Shown: positions 14,481 to 28,051 of the stretch, in pieces
Layout of the letters: each line of letters begins with the position of its first letter
Numbering within the stretch: position 1 is the stretch's first letter
Notes under the pieces: generated by a model
The model's input: the letters and a program-made list of their open reading frames with translations, nothing else
The model's database searches: none
What the model was told of the DNA's origin: nothing
Made by a program: the position numbers and the translations under genes
Assembly (NCBI RefSeq): GCF_006345805.1
Contig: NC_042998.1
Location: 103,416,001-103,480,000 of the forward strand
From: Octopus sinensis
Taxonomy: Eukaryota
DNA length: 64,000 nucleotides
Direction of reading: 5' to 3'

Positions 14481-14859
14481 CATGCTTCGCTTACCCTCTA
14501 ATATGAAAAGTGGACTATTATCTTACTGTCTCAAGCATGGCTTTTTCTATTGTTTAGCTGTAAGCCGTTAACTGTTGATTCTAAACTTCATTGAAATTTG
14601 ACATAAATTTTAGTGAAATTTTAATCAGGACTGGAATTTCCCACCAAAGCAAAGGATACTTTTGTTCATCGGTTTGATGTTTTTTCTCCATTCAGCTTAT
14701 GAGAACGAAGTAAATTTATCGAATGACAGTCAGACCAACTTAGAATTTGTGAAATCTTTACTACTCAGAATCAAACCTTTATTTTCGAATATATATCTTT
14801 AATGCAATTTGGGTATTTTATACATTGTCAGTTTAGGGATCTCATCACAGACTGAGGAA

Positions 14860-15150
14860 ACCTGTTACAGGTACTATGTAAACCAGTACTAGCTGTTCCT
14901 GGTCGGGTGGTCAGCAACTAAACTGGCCCCTCCACAGCTTGCTACTTTTGTGAGGAGGGTGTCTAGACATCCAGCAGGACTGAAAACAAGACCTATCGAA
15001 AAACGGACGAGATCCTTGCGGGCTAGCGGCCATCCAGTTGGAGAAGGCAATAGTAAACAACCCCAATATTTTAGCCCAGAAAACACTATGAGGATATCAG
15101 AAGGAAGTAACGCTATGGCTTCATCCGATACCGGAACTCGCGCTTAAATG
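14860..15150 (+). mobile_element. RTE-clade LINE 5' UTR fragment
   Basis: Homologous to the reverse complement of ~60990-61120 (ccagtac...ggtcggg...gtgaggagggtgt); contains ggagaaggcaatagtaaacaacc, similar to the RTE/BovB-type motif. Confidence 0.55.
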
Positions 15151-16300
15151 GGAAGTCGTTTGTTGTAATATCATCAACGCGCTGCAAAAAGCGTATGATA
15201 CATGACGACGACTATACTCAAGAACGACTGACAAATTGAATTGTCCCGATTTAAATTAGTTTGGTCTTATTCATCTCTGGTGCCCTAAGAGAACTGGTAA
15301 GAACACTTAATTCTCTACTCCAATATTTACTTATTTGCTTGGCGAATCAAGCAAATCTGATAGGCTGATAATCAATCGTGAAAATTGATGCCTTGTCGGT
15401 TTAACATATTCAAACACATGTTAAGTAATTAAATATTTGCATATACAGCTATGTCGATGGGTCTGAATGTATATATGCGTGCATTGAAATGAATACATAT
15501 ATATTTTACCTCGTTATCATATCAGATATCCAACAGTTTATGCGATGTATAGTTTTTAATTATTTATGTGTCTTTCGTGGCTAATTAGTCCAATTCTTAA
15601 CAGTTATATATTTTATTGTCTTTCGCTTTGCCCTGAGGTCAGCCATGTGTCTTAAACACGTGTCATACATCACTACTGGCTGGTATTTTCTTCTTGCTGA
15701 ATTTAGAATTTGGAAACCTTTATGTGCTTAATCATCCTGTTAGAAATAAGAACCAAATCTTCCAAATGTCAGTTTTACCGTTTGAGAACTGGAAGAATAC
15801 ATTGCATAATTAATCTAGAGAAAAAATAAGATGGTCACAACTGGAAAATGTTTTATCATAAGTTCGCTTAAATATGATAATCCAAAATGATAATCACTAA
15901 CAATTTCGATAAATAGTTGTTTGGTTTCGAAATTCGGTAAACACGTATCCAAGAGTTACAGTCAGACATGTTCTGTGTTGACCGTGTCATGTTTTTCGTG
16001 TATGATTTATAGCCAACTCGATAACAATATTACAATCATTTTTAGCTGCAACTGGAAATAATTGATTTGGTACTCTGAATACTGCCTCTTCATTGAACTT
16101 TTTGTCAATACAGGTTTTTCTGTAAAACCGAATTAGAGGATAATTTAATTTGTTTTTCAGTTTAAGACTACAATCCGGTCCTCATGTACCTTTGGGCATA
16201 GTTTATTCTGTTACAAACATTTGAATTCAATCTGAAGTCTGAAGACAGCTCAGTAATTTATTACACTGTTTCCTAACTTGCAATCAGCCATGGAGTAATG

Positions 16301-16895
16301 AATGTTCGTGCTTAGAAACAAAGTACTCAATACATCAATAGGAGTGTAGACACTTGTCTCTTGGGTCGTTACATCAATAGGAGAGTAGACACGTTTCTTG
16401 GGTCATTATATCAATTAATAAATGTTTGTACTTAGAAACAAAGTACTCAACACATCAATTGGAGTGTAGACAAGTTTCTTGGGTCGTTATATCAATTAGT
16501 AAATGTTTGTGCTTAGAAACAAAGTACACAATACATATATTGGAGTGTAGGCACGTGTCTCTTGGGTCGTTACATCAATAAGAGAGTAGACACGTTTCTT
16601 GGGTCATTATATCAATTAATAAATGTTTGTACTTAGAAACAAAGTACTCAATACATCAATTGGAGTGTAGACAAGTTTCTTGAGTCGTTATATCAATTAG
16701 TAAATGTTTGTGCTTAGAAACAAAGTACACAATACATATATTGGAGTGTAGGCACGTGCCTCTTGGGGCATTACATCAATTGATAAATGTTTGTACTTAG
16801 AAACAAAGTACACAATACACCAATTAGAGTGTAGACACGTGTCTCTTGGGTCGTTACATCAATTGGAGTGTAGACACGTTTCTTGGGTCGTTACA
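16301..16895. repeat. Complex two-subunit minisatellite with ~200-bp higher-order period
   Basis: Subunit A (aaatgtttgtacttagaaacaaagtac...) starts at ~16301, 16420, 16501, 16621, 16702 and 16785, interleaved with one or two B subunits (ggagtgtagacacgtttcttgggtcgttacatcaat). Confidence 0.9.
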
Positions 16896-17039
16896 CTGAG
16901 CTTTATGATAGTGATTAATCAAAGGATCGAAGTAAGGAAAATATTCGCAAACATTTGGGAAAATGACTAATCCTTAAACATCAGTACATGGAGATTTTGT
17001 CAGTTGACGAAAATACTTTAGAAAATGCACCCCACCGCA

Positions 17040-17309
<270 letters not shown>

Positions 17310-17310
<1 letters not shown>

Positions 17311-17625
17311 ACGCACTATTAGCTGGTCCCTCAACCCTTTTATCAACCCTATTATCTCCCCTTATTTCGCTCTCGCGTCTCATGTTTGATCTTTGACCTC
17401 TGGCCGAAATCAGATCGCCATGTTGATTCGTTAGCTACTGCACGCATTTTTTTTCTCTCCTTCTTTCTGTGTTTTTCTCTCTCTGTGTATCTTTCTGTTG
17501 AAGAGCGTAGGCTCGAAACGTTAAAGACTTGTTTTATTTATATTTCCTGAGCGCCATACTAATACAATTGTTCGTTTGTTTTCCACCTGCCTTCGTCTTT
17601 TGTTTATTTTCATAAAGCTTCCCGT
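17310..17625 (+). mobile_element. Probable Penelope-like pLTR fragment between TA tracts
   Basis: Contains gaagagcgtaggctcgaaacg hairpin plus GAAAC (hammerhead-like); bounded on both sides by (TA)n. Confidence 0.5.
17490..17527 (+). ncRNA. Minimal hammerhead-like variant
   Basis: TCTTT-CTGTTGA-A-GAGC gtag GCTC-GAAAC-GTT-AAAGA; stem I TCTTT/AAAGA and palindromic AACGTT stem III; A6 replaced by U and one extra A before stem II. Confidence 0.4.
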
Positions 17626-17644
17626 TATATATATAATATTATAT

Positions 17645-18785
17645 ATATATATAAGAATGAATGTTTTTATATATAATGAACGTGAAATACAGAAGGGACG
17701 AACACGGAACACAGACAAATCATTCGAAGCCTTCAATCTTCAGTCAGACACCGAATCATCATAGCAAATTTCGGCTGTTCAATTCTGATATTTGCTCCAA
17801 CTCGGACAGCCCCAAGAAAAAAAACTAAGCTGTAAGCATTAGATTTCTTGGTAGAAGACAGGAATGTGAACGCACAAGACGGATGTGAATACAAAAGACG
17901 AAAACGAAATTGAAAACAGTAATGAATAAACAAAATATATATAACGGTGGTTGTCATACGACTTTAGACCAAATGAGACAAAAACAACAACAACATAGCT
18001 GGCGTAGAAATAATTACCGTTTCGGTAGCGGGGACACATGTTGGTCGAGATACGAAGGCCAACAGAATGGTTTAAGAAGCAGCAGGTCGCAGGAGAGAGA
18101 GAAAGAGAGACAGAGAGAGAGGGAATCAAAGAGGGTGGAAGGCAGGGGACAGAATCAGTGACCAAGAGAAAAGGAGAAAGAAGGGATTAAGGAGGATGGG
18201 AGGAAGAGGGGAGGAGGATGGGAGGAGAGAGGGGAAGAATCGGAGGGCGCCAAAAAGTTTGGTGAAGAAGCAATGGCGGGTAGGAAAGATAGTGTGTATA
18301 GAAGTCGTGCAGGGTTTAAAATTGGACAAACAAACGGGGGGGGGGGGGTGCACGTAACGCCGCAATAATATAAGAATGAATGTTTTTATATATAATGAAC
18401 GTGAAATACAGGAAGGGACGAACACGGAACACAGACAAATCATTCGAAGCCTTCAATCTTCAGTCAGACACCGAATCATCATAGCAAATTTCGGCTGTTC
18501 AATTCTGATATTTGCTCCAACTCGGCCAGCCCCAAGAAAAAAAACTAAGCTGTAAGCATTAGATTTCTTGGTAGAAGACAGGAATGTGAACGCACAAGAC
18601 GGATGTGAATACAAGAGACGAAAACGAAATTGAAAACAGTAATGAATAAACAAAATATATATAACGGTGGTTGTCATACGACTTTAGACCAAATGAGACA
18701 AAAACAACAACAACAACATAGCTGGCGTAGAAATAATTACCGTTTCGGTAGCGGGGACACATGTTGGTCGAGATACGAAGGCCAA
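17645..18785 (-). repeat. ~715-bp unit, 1.6 tandem copies (same family as 37694-40020)
   Basis: ataagaatgaatgtttttatatataatgaacgtg recurs at ~17651 and ~18369; near-identical to the units at 37694-40020. Confidence 0.9.
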
Positions 18786-19036
18786 TATATATATACAAGA
18801 TAAAAAAATGGAGAAATACATCTAAATCAAATATCAATTACCAGATAATACTCAATCACATACTTTATTAAACCACCATATTAGAGACTGTAGGGTTAAG
18901 TATAAAAAGCAGAACAAATCAATGTACATAAAGGAATGTACATAAAAATGTGTACATAAAAGAGTAATGTTGTATAATAAGTAGAATATATATATAAGAG
19001 AATGTAAATATAAGTAAATATAAATATAAGTATAGA

Positions 19037-19175
19037 TTACATCTTACAGCTGTTTCGGCCATGTAGATAAGTTTGTCTCATTTTACCAATATTAGCCCTT
19101 TATGGTTGGTCAATATATAGATATAAATGAGACATTTACAAAAATATCATAAGGCCTCTTCGGAGATTATGTAAT
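19037..19175 (-). ncRNA. Putative type I hammerhead ribozyme, expanded stem II
   Basis: Reverse complement of the motif at 19893-20031. Confidence 0.6.
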
Positions 19176-19892
19176 ATAACTCAGTCTACATATATACCCA
19201 CATGGGTGTGGGTGCATACCCACAATACAACATATACATATACATATGAGTGCATATACTCACACTCTTATACATATAAAAATATACATTTACATAATGA
19301 TATAAATAAATAATATAAATTAGTAAACATATATATGTGTTCCACATTCAATGTCTCAGTTTTTCGACTTAATATTGTGATAATAAACATACACAAATTA
19401 GTACCTAGATGCAAATATACATAGACAATAGTACATTATATTACTTCATAATAATTTCTAAAGTGTCATTAAAGTTAGCATCATTATCGTTGTCAATACC
19501 ATTAATGTTATCATTATTATCATTCATAATATTATTAACAAAGCTTACATTAGAATCCAGAGCGGTATATATGTATGTCCGGGTTCCAGTTAGTAATTTT
19601 CCTTATGACATAAATACACTATTGGATTTGAATTAAAAATTATCATTATCTTCCTCGCGGTTGGTCAATTGAGAGCCGCCCGGCCTCCACCACACCGCAC
19701 AAGCAAAACATCCACATCCACATCTAACCCTAAACCCACACATCCACACAGAAACTCACACACACATGTACACACACATGAATACACCCCGACACATCTC
19801 TACACATTCAATAAATTGCAGAGTGCATATGTATATGTTGTATTGTGGGTATGCACCCACACCCATGTGGGTATATATGTAGACTGAGTTAT

Positions 19893-20031
19893 ATTACATA
19901 ATCTCCGAAGAGGCCTTATGATATTTTTGTAAATGTCTCATTTATATCTATATATTGACCAACCATAAAGGGCTAATATTGGTAAAATGAGACAAACTTA
20001 TCTACATGGCCGAAACAGCTGTAAGATGTAA
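19893..20031 (+). ncRNA. Putative type I hammerhead ribozyme, expanded stem II
   Basis: ATCT(19901-04)-CCGAAGA(19905-11)-GGCC...GGCC(20008-11)-GAAAC(20012-16)-AGCT-GTA(20021-23)-AGAT; stem I extends via ttac/gtaa. Confidence 0.6.
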
Positions 20032-20472
20032 TCTATACTTATGTTTATATTTACTTATATTTATATTCTCTTTTATATATATTCTACTTATTATACAACA
20101 TTACTCTTTTATGTACACTTTTTATGTACATTCCTTTATGTACACTGATTTGTTCTGCTTTTTATATTTAACCCTACAGTCTCTTATGTGGTGGTTTGAT
20201 AAAGTATGTGATTGAGTACTATTTGGTAATTGATATTTCATTTAGATGTATTTCTCCATTTTCTTATCTTGTATTAGTAATTTGTGGTAAATCATTTTAC
20301 CTTTGCCCATATAATACAGTAAATGAATTGATTGCATCGCAATCATTAACATTTATGTATTAACTTTGTTGGGTACTTCACTAGCAGTATATTGGATATA
20401 TGTTATCCCATGGAGGGTTGCATTTACAACCCCTAACTCAATTCGTATATATATTTATATATACTTGTTAAG

Positions 20473-20868
20473 AAGGCGGTGAGCTGGCAGAATAGTTAGC
20501 ACGCCGGGCTAAATGCTGAGAGGTATTTCGTCTGCCGTTACGTTCTGAGTTCACATTCCTCCGAGGTCGACTTAGCCTTTCATCCTTTCGGGGTCGATAA
20601 ATTAAGTACCAGTTACGCACTGAGGTCGATATAATCGACTTAATCCGTTTGTCTGTCCTTGTTTTTCCTTTCTGTGTTTAGCCCCTTGTGGGTAGTAAAA
20701 AAAAAGCATTTCGTCTGCTGCTACGTTCTGAGTTCAAATTCCGCCAAAGTCGACTTTGCCTTTCATTCTTTCGGGTCAATAAATTAAGTACCAGTTGCGT
20801 CCTGGGGTCGATCTAATCGACTGGCCCCCTCCCCCAAAATTTCAGATGTTGTACCTAGAGTAGAAAAG
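20473..20868 (+). mobile_element. SINE family A, duplicated body
   Basis: Family A head and two bodies; 15-bp TSD tatatacttgttaag at 20458-20472 and 20869-20883. Confidence 0.85.
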
Positions 20869-21150
20869 TATATACTTGTTAAGTGCTGAACACGTTATGG
20901 TTTCATCAATTCGCATGCAATAACAAGTGTTTTCATGTATTCAGAATTCTATGTCTAAAATTCACATACACACGTGAGGCTGCTATCATTGGTGAATTTG
21001 TTAGTATCAATAAAGAAATTGATTGTTCGATTTTTATATATTTATATAACCATCGTTCAGCTTATGGCAAAATGTTCTATGTAGGTGCCACACGATGGGA
21101 CTGAATCCAGGACCATGTGGTTGAGAATCAAACTTCTTACCACACAACCA

Positions 21151-21208
<58 letters not shown>

Positions 21209-21811
21209 CTCTCTCTCCCTCTCTCTCTCTCTCCAAACAGTAAAGCATCGAGTCGGTGAAATGTTTTTATGGAATTAAGAAAATCTAGAATTCGGGAGTA
21301 TAGTTGTGAAAATAGCTTCAGAAATTTGGGTAAAGTACCCTTATGGATGGGAAAAAGTGACCAACAGCCGTTACAGAGAATCGAACTCTGCACCTCTCAC
21401 ATTCCAACTGAGGATCTGTGCAACCGAGTCAAAATATACCATCATTTTGTCACCCGCTCGATGCTTCAATGTTTGTTCATAAAATGCTCCCATATTCCAA
21501 AATGCTATTATATACCGTTATAAAAGCCGGTGAGCGACCAAAGATCGGTTAGCTCAATAGCAAAAATCACTCAGCCAGAGTTTGAGAGGTTCAGATTTCG
21601 ATTCTGTGAAACGGTAACCTAGCCGCCTTTTTATTTCGTCTGTAGGAGTACTTTACCCGATTTTCTAAAGCTATTTTCACAGCTGTTCTCCTGCATTCGA
21701 GGTTTTCGTAATTTCTAATATATATATATATATATATGTGTGTGTATGTATGTACAGGCATATGTGTGTGTGTGTGCGTGTGTGTATGAGTGTTGTGTAT
21801 GCACATTCATG

Positions 21812-21882
<71 letters not shown>

Positions 21883-22423
21883 GTACATTCACACACACAA
21901 CACACATATGCCATAAATATGTGTGTTACTATATCATCCGTATATTTTATTGTTTGGTTGTTTCTTCAACTTCTTGTATCATTTTATTTATTCAACTGTT
22001 TGCTTATTTATTGTCTCTATATCAAGGCGCGTATCAAACTCTGTAGCAAGAGACAAGTGAGCGGAAAGCTGGTTCCGCCTTCTTCTAAGATATGTCAACA
22101 GTTAAAAACCCCTATGCACATGTTTAAGAAAACCTACAGAAGCTACGTAAAACTATATCTTCAATTTGTTGTGTAAACTTCATAAGAAATAAATTATTTA
22201 GTGATCACCTCGCAATATATATTTTTGTTCCCTTTTCCATATATTTCTCTTTTTTTCCCCCTTTTTTGTATTACCATCCAGTTTGGGAACAAGTGTTATC
22301 ATTTCAGTTTGATATATATGCTTCTCTATCTCATTATTGTAGTAACTAAGACCCCCAATTCAGTTCTGATCCAGCAACCATCAAAACACACAGTCGTGCG
22401 TGCACGCACACACACACACACAT

Positions 22424-22456
<33 letters not shown>

Positions 22457-22779
22457 CACACACAAAGTAGTTTCTACAAAAGAAAGCTTTACAATGACTT
22501 CACTTCAAAGTTACAGTTCACCAGCCGTCGTTAGGTTTCCTGCTAAGCACTAGTAAGCTGAAACTGCTTAGTCATCATGAAACTTTTATTTGTAAGAGTT
22601 AATAAATATATACTTCACTAAAAAGTATTAAGTGATCCTTCAGTTCAATGTTAAAAAGTTTAAATAACTACATAAAACAAATATTATACATCCACACAAA
22701 CATACATATATGTGTGTGTGTATACTCTTTTACTCGTTTCAGCCATGCGGCTGCGGTCATATATACAAACACACACAAC

Positions 22780-22812
<33 letters not shown>

Positions 22813-23474
22813 ATGGCTGAGAGAGTTGGTATGTGAAAGCACGTGTTTGGATATATAAAAAGTAAAATAGAGAGTAAAAACTACAGAAGACTTGTGTTAT
22901 ATGGTTAAAGAATATAATTAAGTTGTTATGTTAGAAAAATGTTAGAAAATTTTGCGTATAGTGATTTTGTTTTTGGAGAAATAACGGTTTCGTATTTTCT
23001 TTTCAAATTTCTCAAATTTCTTTACCGAGATTGTGTCATCTCTTCGTTACGATGTGAAGTATGAGAGTTCCAGACAGGGGAAGGTAATCAGGGATTTTTT
23101 CGATATAATGGAGATAATCATAAATTTTGGGAATGACTAGGTTCTATTAAGTTAACATGATTTAGTTTAGAAAGGACAGAATGTTGGAAGTGGTTAGGTT
23201 TTGCTTTATATATTTTTTAATGAGGTAAGTTCCCTTATTTAAAAATGCTAGAAATGGTTAAGTCTTGGCTTATATTTTTCTATGAAGTAGGTTTCCTTAT
23301 TTAATCTAACTTGTGTTGGTGTTCCAATGTCACATTGATAAAATGGAAAGATTACAAATTGTGGTAGCAGCTGCTTTGCGCATTTCTCAATGTGTTCACT
23401 AAAGGGTATCAGTGCTATTATACGACAGTGAGACATGGACATTCACACTCACACACACACACACACACACACAC

Positions 23475-23547
<73 letters not shown>

Positions 23548-23588
23548 ATATAATTAGTGAGGGATTATCAATCAATATTTAGCTTTAA

Positions 23589-23812
23589 GGCGGCGAGCTG
23601 GCAGAAACGTTAGCACGCCGGGCGAAATGTTTTAGAGGTATTTCGTCCGGCTTCACGTTCTTAGTTCAAATTCCACCGAGGTCGACTTTGCCTTTTCATC
23701 CTTTCGGGATCGATAAAATAAGTACCAGTCGAACGCTGGGGTCGACGTCATCAGCTTACCCTCTCCACCGAAATTGCTGGCGATGTAACCAAATTTGAAA
23801 CCAATATTGTTT
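23589..23812 (+). mobile_element. SINE family A-related
   Basis: ggcggcgagctggcagaaacgttagc...gttcaaattccaccgaggtcgac. Confidence 0.8.
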
Positions 23813-24604
23813 AGTTTAGTAAAGAACTCCGGCAAGGTCCGAAGTTATAGTTCAACACCATTCCATAATGTGAATTCGTGGTTACGTCCCACTTATACTG
23901 GCTCTTACACCGAGTGATATGCAATTTAAAGGAATAAATAGTGGTGCTGAGATATTCTTTATTATCATAAATTTTACTTACAACTGTTTCCAGTAGTCAT
24001 TATAGGCTCAATATTGATAGGTTTACTCAATCGGCCCATTGATCGGTTGAGAAAAATCGAACGATATAGAGAGTTAATGCTACTTCGTAAGATTCATTTC
24101 TGATTATAAAGTTTCCCTGCCTCATGACTTGGAAGACTTTCTTGATATGTATGACCTTTCTGTGGTACACAAACAGTTTAATATTACAAAACAAAATATC
24201 AAAGTATTGATAAATGTTTGGAAAGAAAAAAAATTGTTTTTGGTAGCAGTTAACACGTGAACTACTACATAAATTACAATAGTTACTTAATTGAGAATTA
24301 TCTGTATGATAGGCTGAATGAATATAGCAACAGTGAATTAAAGCAATATGGAATTACTGGATGTAAATCCTAATTAAAATTAAAATAGTATTTATATTAT
24401 GTTATTTTCAGATTCTAGATAAAACCATTTACGCTTGCACTAGATACTATGTGTATGTATAGCTGTCTAAGTTATGTAATGTAATTAGTTGAAAAGAAAT
24501 AAAAACGTACGAGTTAGAATATATAAGCACAACCAAAAACATTAACAATGAACAAAAGTTAAATGAAGGTTATGTTCATATACCGAAAATATCTTAGTTA
24601 TATA

Positions 24605-25010
24605 AAAGGCCGGATTAAACCCCATAGAAATCCTAAGCACGTAAATGATTTTAGTGCCCCCTCGTATATGTAATTCAAAATATTAACAATAATAAACAAT
24701 AAAATAACTTTTTATGAAACAAAACTAACAATAAGATGGAAAATAATTTTTATGTTTGTGTACCTCTACCTTATTTCTATTTGAAGAGTTTTTTCCTGCT
24801 TTTTTTAATTGCAAAGTTTTTGATAAGATCCACACCAAAGTACCATGAACACTTCAAAATTGTATTTCCGATCATATAAAGCACTTATTATTTTAGCAAG
24901 TTTAACGTAATTTCTTTAGTGCTGTCAATCATTTAACATTTCTATGATGTTCCTCTTCCTTTGATGCCTTAAGCACGTGCTTGTTTTGCTAAATGGTTAT
25001 TCTAGCGCTG
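24605..25010. mobile_element. Possible degenerate MITE (hAT-like termini)
   Basis: Left ggccggattaa and right aatggttattctagcgctg are imperfect inverted termini; cctaagcacg-like sequence near both ends; no TSD confirmed. Confidence 0.35.
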
Positions 25011-26259
25011 GTTATGTAGGCAAGATAAAAGTGGTAAAACTAACGAACTTCTAATGGATATTGTAGATATCCAATAAGATAACAGGACGGAACCAAAGAA
25101 TTGTATCCATATAAGTTACAAATATCAACGTGAAATTATGGTGAAATAACCACATTAAGCTACAGTTAGGGTATAAAGCAGGTATGGATAAAGTTTTTCG
25201 AGAAGCTGGCCGCTTAAGACATGCCTCATCATCAGGTAGGCCACACTACAAAACAAAACAAAAAAAAATTCGGGGTAAGTTTTCGTTAGGCGTGCTATTC
25301 AGAAAGTCCCGTGGGTTGCAGTTTGTCCAAAGTTTTAAATGTCAACATGAGACTGGTATATTGGATATAAAACTTCTGATAGCCGAGAAAAACTAATGTA
25401 GCAGCAGAAAATAAATGAATAGGCAAAACGATTTAGTGACTAGCTTGAAAGCACGGTATTGATATGTAGATAGTAGCTTGAAATAAGGATATAAATACAA
25501 CGACAGAAGCGTGAAACCTTATTATGGATATAAATTTCCAGATAACATACACAATAATGCATTCTCTAAGATTATCGCCGCTTTGATGGTTGTTAGCTCT
25601 TAAATTCATACAATTTTTAAACTGAATTGGAAGAAGATACGAAACAAAATAATGGAAAAAAGATAAAAGAATAACAGAAAAATAACCATAAACTACAGAT
25701 GTTTCATTTGAACGGGAAATACAAGTGTAAAGAATTGTGGGTTTTCAAAGTACTTGTTCAATATGATCTCCTTTTACCAAGTGCATTGTAATACTTCTTG
25801 TCCCCTCATGCGTTATTTCAGGGGTCATTGTGATTGGTGCTTTCGTTCAAGTGATCGAGATTTCAATACTGACAGAGGTAACGGTAGTAGTGGTATTGGT
25901 GATATGATATTGACAATGATGATGATGATGGGGTGGAAGAATATCGGTTATACATCTTGGATTTCAATGCTTTCCCGGAGCCAAGGGTTTCACGTATTGA
26001 AATCTGTTGATCTGGAAGGACAAAGATGTTCAAGTCCGCCGTAAATGAGTCGCTTTTGAGAAAACTGCTCGGAGGGAAAATTCCTTCACATCTCTTTGAT
26101 CATGGGGTGCGTGATATTTTGTATGCAAAGCGGTGTTTTAAAAACCCCTGTATAATTTTTTAAACTCCCTGGCACCAATTTTACCTGGTGCATGCAAAAG
26201 GTGATCTTCACTTGCCGCAGTATCTGTTTCTCTTTCCCTCATTTTTGTCAATCTATTCA

Positions 26260-26271
26260 TGAGTCTGTCTT

Positions 26272-26304
<33 letters not shown>

Positions 26305-26442
26305 TGTGTGTGGTGTGTGTGTGTGGTGTGTGTGTTGTGTGTGTGTGTGTGTGTATATGTAAGTATGTATGTATGTATGTATGTATGTATGTATGTATGT
26401 ATGTATGTATGTATGTATGTATATATATATATATATATATAA

Positions 26443-26503
<61 letters not shown>

Positions 26504-26559
26504 GATTATATATATATACACACACAAAACATACATACATACATACATACATACATACA

Positions 26560-26592
<33 letters not shown>

Positions 26593-26600
26593 TTGTATAT
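26260..26600. repeat. Compound (TG)n/(TATG)n/(TA)n/(CATA)n microsatellite
   Basis: Direct inspection. Confidence 0.95.
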
Positions 26601-26914
26601 GTGTATGGTGTATTATATATATTCTTTTATTCATTTAAATGTTTCAGTCATTTGACTGCAGCCATGAAGACACTTTCCCAAGGTGCAATGCAGTGGGACT
26701 GAACCAGGAACCATGTGGTTGGGAAACAAGTTTCTTACCACACATCCACGCTGCGCCTATAAATAATAAGTGTAGAGATCACGTGGGATATACGTAAAGG
26801 AAGATTACGAAGAAGAATATGAATAATAATAACAACAGCAACAGCAACAGCAACAGCAACAACAACAACAATAATAATAATAATAATGATGATGATGATG
26901 ATGATGATGATTTC

Positions 26915-27720
26915 ATTTATTTGCCACATGGACGAAGGATGAGGGGGACAATACAGAGACAGGCATAAAGTGTGGGGGTTTACACATAATGAAATGATAA
27001 AAAAAGAAAGTATACAAGGTATACACTGAAAAAGAAGGGACATATGCATAGCATACAAAGGTAAAAAAAAATGGCGGGGATGATGATAGAGATGTGGTGA
27101 TCTCCACGATGGATTCAGTTGACAGCCGAATCCGTCCCACACGCGACAGCTGGTGTTCGACATGAACCCACAGGTTAGCAATGCTCGGGCACTGGATGAG
27201 TGCATGCAGGACAGTCTCGTTGTCCTGCATGCATCTTGGGCATGCTCGGCTGACGGCACTTTCGTGCCTGTAAAATTTATTTCGAACAGGCAAAGCTCCC
27301 CGGTAGCACTGCCGCGCCAGAGATTTTCGGAAATTATCCATCGGTCCCGGTCCGAAACTTCTCTGAAAAAGTGCGACTAGCTGATCTTTGACGCCCAAGG
27401 TCTCCCCAAGAATGTCGTCGCACTTTTCCTTCACTTATCCTCTATAAAAGGCTAAAGTGGATGTTCCACCTATCGCACTGTGCGCTTGGCTGAGGACTGT
27501 GAGCGCTTGAAGACATCCCACTTTCCAAACGTTCCCCCTCGGTCTCTGTTTTATTCAGAACTGCAGCTCCTTTAAGGAAACTAGCTGCGGAAATACGTGT
27601 TTGGCGAACGGCGACCACACCTGTTCACCGTCAAGCAAGCACTGGAGACGTCGTAACTTTAGCGCATGTCTGCGCATCATCAACCACGGCATGCACAGGC
27701 CAGAACGCAGCGGATGCTGA
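26915..27720 (-). mobile_element. L1/Tx1-clade LINE 3' fragment (ORF2 C-terminal zinc-binding region)
   Basis: LPVRNKFYRHESAVSRACPRCMQDNETVLHALIQCP (C-x2-C...E-x3-H-x4-C, zf-RVT type); upstream GLCMPWLMMRRHALKLRRLQCLLDGEQVWSPF resembles the post-RT region. Confidence 0.75.
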
Positions 27721-27809
27721 CAGCAATAGTAATAATAAGAATGTCACCTTAGTCTGCTGGCTGTGGACAGCTGACACTTTCCATACCCAGCAAAATAAAC
27801 TGAGTTTTC

Positions 27810-27862
<53 letters not shown>

Positions 27863-27886
27863 TTAATAATAATAATAATAATAATA

Positions 27887-27935
<49 letters not shown>

Positions 27936-28011
27936 TAGTCATGATGGGTATATTGGGCTTCGTATATTTTACCCCAGTGTCTCTTTGATGGCATGCACTG
28001 CTCTCTCACTC

Positions 28012-28051
<40 letters not shown>

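Larger units (their letters stand above)
18790..20275 (-). mobile_element. Truncated Penelope-like element with inverted pLTR pair
   Basis: ~18795-19270 is the reverse complement of ~19820-20275; each arm has a hammerhead fold; the spacer on the minus strand gives a weak GIY-YIG C-terminus-like remnant (YRSGF*CKLC). Confidence 0.7.

Noticed and set aside
16301-16895. CRISPR-like repeat/spacer appearance
   Set aside because: The intervening segments are themselves repeated rather than unique, there are no cas genes, and the context is eukaryotic.
23975-24020. GAAACAGTTGTAAG (and GAAAAGCTGTAAG near 3290) on the minus strand as hammerhead halves
   Set aside because: No CUGANGA-like core or stem I partner found; at most decayed pLTR remnants.
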